DNA of 29,460 nt, taken from assembly GCA_964383515.1 (NCBI GenBank), contig CAYLIR010000001.1, positions 1 to 29,460 on the forward strand, in the 5' to 3' direction. Made by a program: the position numbers and the translations under genes. This document shows, one piece after another, positions 26,583 to 29,460 of the stretch. Position 1 is the stretch's first letter; every line of letters starts with the position of its first letter. This DNA comes from an uncultured Acidimicrobiaceae bacterium (GTDB lineage: Bacteria > Actinomycetota > Acidimicrobiia > Spongiisociales > UBA5794). A model generated the notes under the pieces. The model was given only the letters and a program-made list of their open reading frames with translations. It did no database searches and was not told the origin of the DNA.

Positions 26583-27142
26583 GAGTTCTCGTCATCGACA
26601 ACTACGACTCGTTCACCTACAATCTCGTCCAGTACGTTGGGGAGTTGGGGGCCGAGCCGATCGTGTACCGCAACGATGCGCTCTCTCCGCGAGATGCTTC
26701 CGCTGTGAAGGCAACGCACCTTCTGATATCTCCAGGTCCAGGCAGGCCAGAGGACGCGGGGTATTCCATGGCGTATCTCACAACGCTCGCCACGGAGATC
26801 CCGACGCTCGGCGTGTGCCTTGGGCTCCAAGCAGCGGTGGTTGCTTTCGGTGGAAGTGTCGGCCATGCACCCGAACCGCGCCACGGCAAGACATCCCCCA
26901 TCAGCCATGACGGACGCGGTGTGTTCGCCGGGCTCGAGAACCCCTTCACCGCAACACGATATCACTCGCTTGCCGCGATCGACGTCCCCGAGGTGCTGGT
27001 GCAGACAGCGTTCTCCGACGATGGTGTGCTCCAGGGTGTCCGGCACACGGAGTTCCCGATCGAGGCCGTGCAGTTCCATCCAGAGAGCATCATGACAGCC
27101 CAAGGCAAGGGTCTCCTCGCCAACTTCCTCCGAATGCGTTGA
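26579..27142 (+). CDS. trpG: Aminodeoxychorismate/anthranilate synthase component II (glutamine amidotransferase, TrpG/PabA)
   Basis: VLVIDNYDSFTYNL, ISPGPGRP, LGVCLG, HGKTS, TRYHSL and QFHPES. Confidence 0.95.
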   Translation: MRVLVIDNYDSFTYNLVQYVGELGAEPIVYRNDALSPRDASAVKATHLLISPGPGRPEDAGYSMAYLTTLATEIPTLGVCLGLQAAVVAFGGSVGHAPEPRHGKTSPISHDGRGVFAGLENPFTATRYHSLAAIDVPEVLVQTAFSDDGVLQGVRHTEFPIEAVQFHPESIMTAQGKGLLANFLRMR

Positions 27143-27143
27143 G

Positions 27144-27977
27144 CTATTGCGTCGTAGCGCGGTGGTCGCTGTGGTGTGACTGCTCGATGAGGCCCTCAGC
27201 GCAGAGGTCTTCGATGGCTGCAGCGATTTCCTCCTCTGACCTGTTGAGGGATCGACCCGCCGCATAGAGATCGTTGTCGCCTATGGCGGCACGTACGAGA
27301 GCTCCTCGGAGCTCTCTGCGAGAGCCCTTGAAGGCACGCTGTCTGGGTGGCGGCACGTAGACGGTCGGGTCCATGCACCATCGTGCGACGGGACACTCGC
27401 TGCACAGCGGATTCATCGGTCGGCAGCAGGCAGCACCGAGATCCATCACAGCCTGGTTCCATGTTCCTGCGGGCGATGCGAGGACTGCTTTGGCATACGC
27501 GTCGAGGGGCTGGCCAGACAGCGGTGCGCCCCGCCAACGGCTGAGGACACGCTTGAGGTTCGTGTCGATCGCAGGCACGTCGACCCCGAAGGCGATGGAT
27601 GCGATCGCCGCGGCTGTATACGGGCCAACTCCAGGGAGTTGCTCAAGGCCAGAGACCGATGATGGCCAACCTGTGTCACGCACGATCATGGCCGCTTGTC
27701 GCAATCGCAGGGCCCGCGCGTTGTATCCGAGTCCTGACCACATAGCGAGCAGTTCCCTCGTCTCTGCCTCGGCCAGGTTCTCGATCGAGGGCCACCTCTC
27801 GATGAATGCCTCGAACGCGGGCGCTACCCGATCGGCTTGGGTCTGCTGGAGCATCGCCTCCGACACGAGTGTCAGATACGGATTCCCGATGACCCGCCAC
27901 GGCAGGTCCCTCCCCGCCGTTTCATACCAGTCGATGAGTGCGGCGTTCCTGTCGGCAACGTCGACGGCGTCGATCAC
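27144..27977 (-). CDS. mutY: A/G-specific adenine glycosylase (short actinobacterial-type MutY)
   Basis: RDLPWR, VSEAMLQQTQ, W.GLGY..RA.RL, HhH LPGVGPYTA, IDTNLKRV and [4Fe-4S] C-X6-C-X2-C-X5-C. Confidence 0.92.
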   Translation of the reverse strand: MIDAVDVADRNAALIDWYETAGRDLPWRVIGNPYLTLVSEAMLQQTQADRVAPAFEAFIERWPSIENLAEAETRELLAMWSGLGYNARALRLRQAAMIVRDTGWPSSVSGLEQLPGVGPYTAAAIASIAFGVDVPAIDTNLKRVLSRWRGAPLSGQPLDAYAKAVLASPAGTWNQAVMDLGAACCRPMNPLCSECPVARWCMDPTVYVPPPRQRAFKGSRRELRGALVRAAIGDNDLYAAGRSLNRSEEEIAAAIEDLCAEGLIEQSHHSDHRATTQ

Positions 27978-29460
27978 GGGGATGGCGCTGCTACGAAGAC
28001 CACGACTCCCACGTTGGTTCCTGTCGGCACCGATGTTCCTGGCGCGGGATCCTGGTTGTCGATGGTACCGACGAGCGTGGCATCCTCGGTTTCGATCGTT
28101 CCGACCTGGTCGACGGACCCCAAGCCGATCGAAGTCGCCAGATCTTGAGCCTGTGCAACGGTCATGCCCTTGAAATCAGGTACATCAGGTGCATACACGT
28201 ACACATTGAGTTGGACGATGGTTCCTTCGTCGACTTCGGAACCGCTAGCAGGATCCTGTGACGCAACGACATCTGCGAGCGTCTGGTCGTTCGTGATAGT
28301 CGAACCCGTGATCTCAGAGAGCAGACCGGCGGCTTCTACGGCCGCAGTCGCTTCGGCGGATGTCACATTGGTCACGTCCGGGACGGTCACCTTGCGGATG
28401 GCACCGAGGCGCACGACCACATCCTCCCCGGATTCGACGGTTGTGCCAGGGCTCGGATCTTGGTCAGCGACGAGGCCAACCAAGCCAGAGTCCACAGATA
28501 CCTCAACCGTGTCAGAATCCACCACGAGGTTGAGTCCATGGTCTTGGAGGGTGGCCCGTGCTTGATCGACCGAGTCGCCTTTGAGGTCCGGAACCGTAAC
28601 CGGTTCAGGGCCTTTGCTGACGATCACGATCACGGTTGCGTTACGTGGGATGGATTGTCCTCCGGCGGGATTCGTCGCGATGACGGTGCCGGCGGGCACA
28701 TCGGGGGAGAATTCCTCCTGGACATCGACGTTCTCGAAGCCTGCCCGTGTCAGCTCGAGGATCGCGTCGTCCTTCGGCTTGTTCGCCACGCCAGGCACGT
28801 CGATCGAGAACGGGCCCCGTGACACGAGGAGGTCGACGTCCGTATCCGGTGGCGCTGTCGTGCCTGCAGCGGGCGCCTGACGGATCACGATGCCTTCCTC
28901 GACGTCTTCGGTGAGCGAGTACTCGACGGTTCCGACCGCGAAACCCTGGTCTGCGATACGTTTCCGTGCGACCTCGACGTTCTCGCCGATCAGGTTGGGC
29001 ACTCCGAACTGTTCAGGACCGAGGGACACGATGACGGTGACGAAGGTGCCGGCATCGACTTCGGATCCTGCCGGTGGCTCGGTGCGGATCACGAACCCTG
29101 CCTCGACCTCGTCGCTGGTTTCCTCCTTCTGTATCACCTTGAGGTTCAGTTCTTGCTGCAGGGTGAGGAAGGCACTTTGAGCTTCTGTCCCTTCGAGTTG
29201 AGGGATCTGGACGAGCCCTCCGCCACCACCCCCAGACAGCAGCCGCAGTATCAACCACAGTCCGAGCCCGAGAGCCACGAGGAGCGCACCGACGAACACC
29301 CAGTACGCGGTCTGGGAATGCTCTTCGGGTTGGGTATCGAACGGTGTGCCGGGCAGTGTGCTGGGAAGGGGCGCCGCAACGGGTGCGGGCGGAGGGATCA
29401 TCGCTGTCGGCGCGCCTGCCATGATCGCTGCTGCAGCCACGGGTTCTGCCCCCCCGAGGT
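27974..29460 (-). CDS. pknB: PASTA-repeat membrane protein, C-terminal part of probable PknB-type Ser/Thr kinase (5'-truncated by window edge)
   Basis: Pro/Ala linker, one TM helix and six PASTA repeats. The frame is open to the window end. The kinase domain is not visible; it is inferred from crgA-sortase-trpG synteny. Confidence 0.8.
   Translation of the reverse strand, partial: LGGAEPVAAAAIMAGAPTAMIPPPAPVAAPLPSTLPGTPFDTQPEEHSQTAYWVFVGALLVALGLGLWLILRLLSGGGGGGLVQIPQLEGTEAQSAFLTLQQELNLKVIQKEETSDEVEAGFVIRTEPPAGSEVDAGTFVTVIVSLGPEQFGVPNLIGENVEVARKRIADQGFAVGTVEYSLTEDVEEGIVIRQAPAAGTTAPPDTDVDLLVSRGPFSIDVPGVANKPKDDAILELTRAGFENVDVQEEFSPDVPAGTVIATNPAGGQSIPRNATVIVIVSKGPEPVTVPDLKGDSVDQARATLQDHGLNLVVDSDTVEVSVDSGLVGLVADQDPSPGTTVESGEDVVVRLGAIRKVTVPDVTNVTSAEATAAVEAAGLLSEITGSTITNDQTLADVVASQDPASGSEVDEGTIVQLNVYVYAPDVPDFKGMTVAQAQDLATSIGLGSVDQVGTIETEDATLVGTIDNQDPAPGTSVPTGTNVGVVVFVAAPSP

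Noticed and set aside
1-29460. CRISPR array, IS element, prophage or defence system
   Set aside because: No regularly spaced direct repeats and no transposase, integrase, phage or nuclease motifs were recognised.

Overview
High-GC, gene-dense core-genome window. Gene order and protein style (crgA-sortase-trpG/pabA-PASTA kinase, tRNA-Ile/tRNA-Ala) point to an actinobacterium, plausibly Acidimicrobiia (inference). In order: cobS, VIT1/CCC1 transporter, AI-2E permease coupled to a CrtI-like FAD oxidoreductase, acetyl-CoA synthetase, an AhpD-like gene, DUF1684, small membrane proteins, a secreted twin-domain poly-Gly protein, a convergent six-gene nucleotide-sugar/C-methyltransferase cassette, an ABC exporter, an M23 lipoprotein, tRNA-Ile, GH1 beta-glucosidase, a two-component pair, a long structured intergenic RNA candidate, a DUF2269-like protein, tRNA-Ala, thiolase, and the cell-division cluster ending in a protein with six PASTA repeats. 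The top signal is that the two ORFs at 6475-7440 (-) are one reading frame interrupted by a single TGA in the AhpD redox motif (C-F-Y-[TGA]-A-T-H-H), followed by a bacterial SECIS-like hairpin, i.e. a probable selenoprotein missed by ORF callers. The second is a 132-nt rod-shaped 6S-like RNA candidate at 22705-22836. No transposase, integrase or CRISPR array was seen. All family calls are from motif recognition by eye; no database searches were run.
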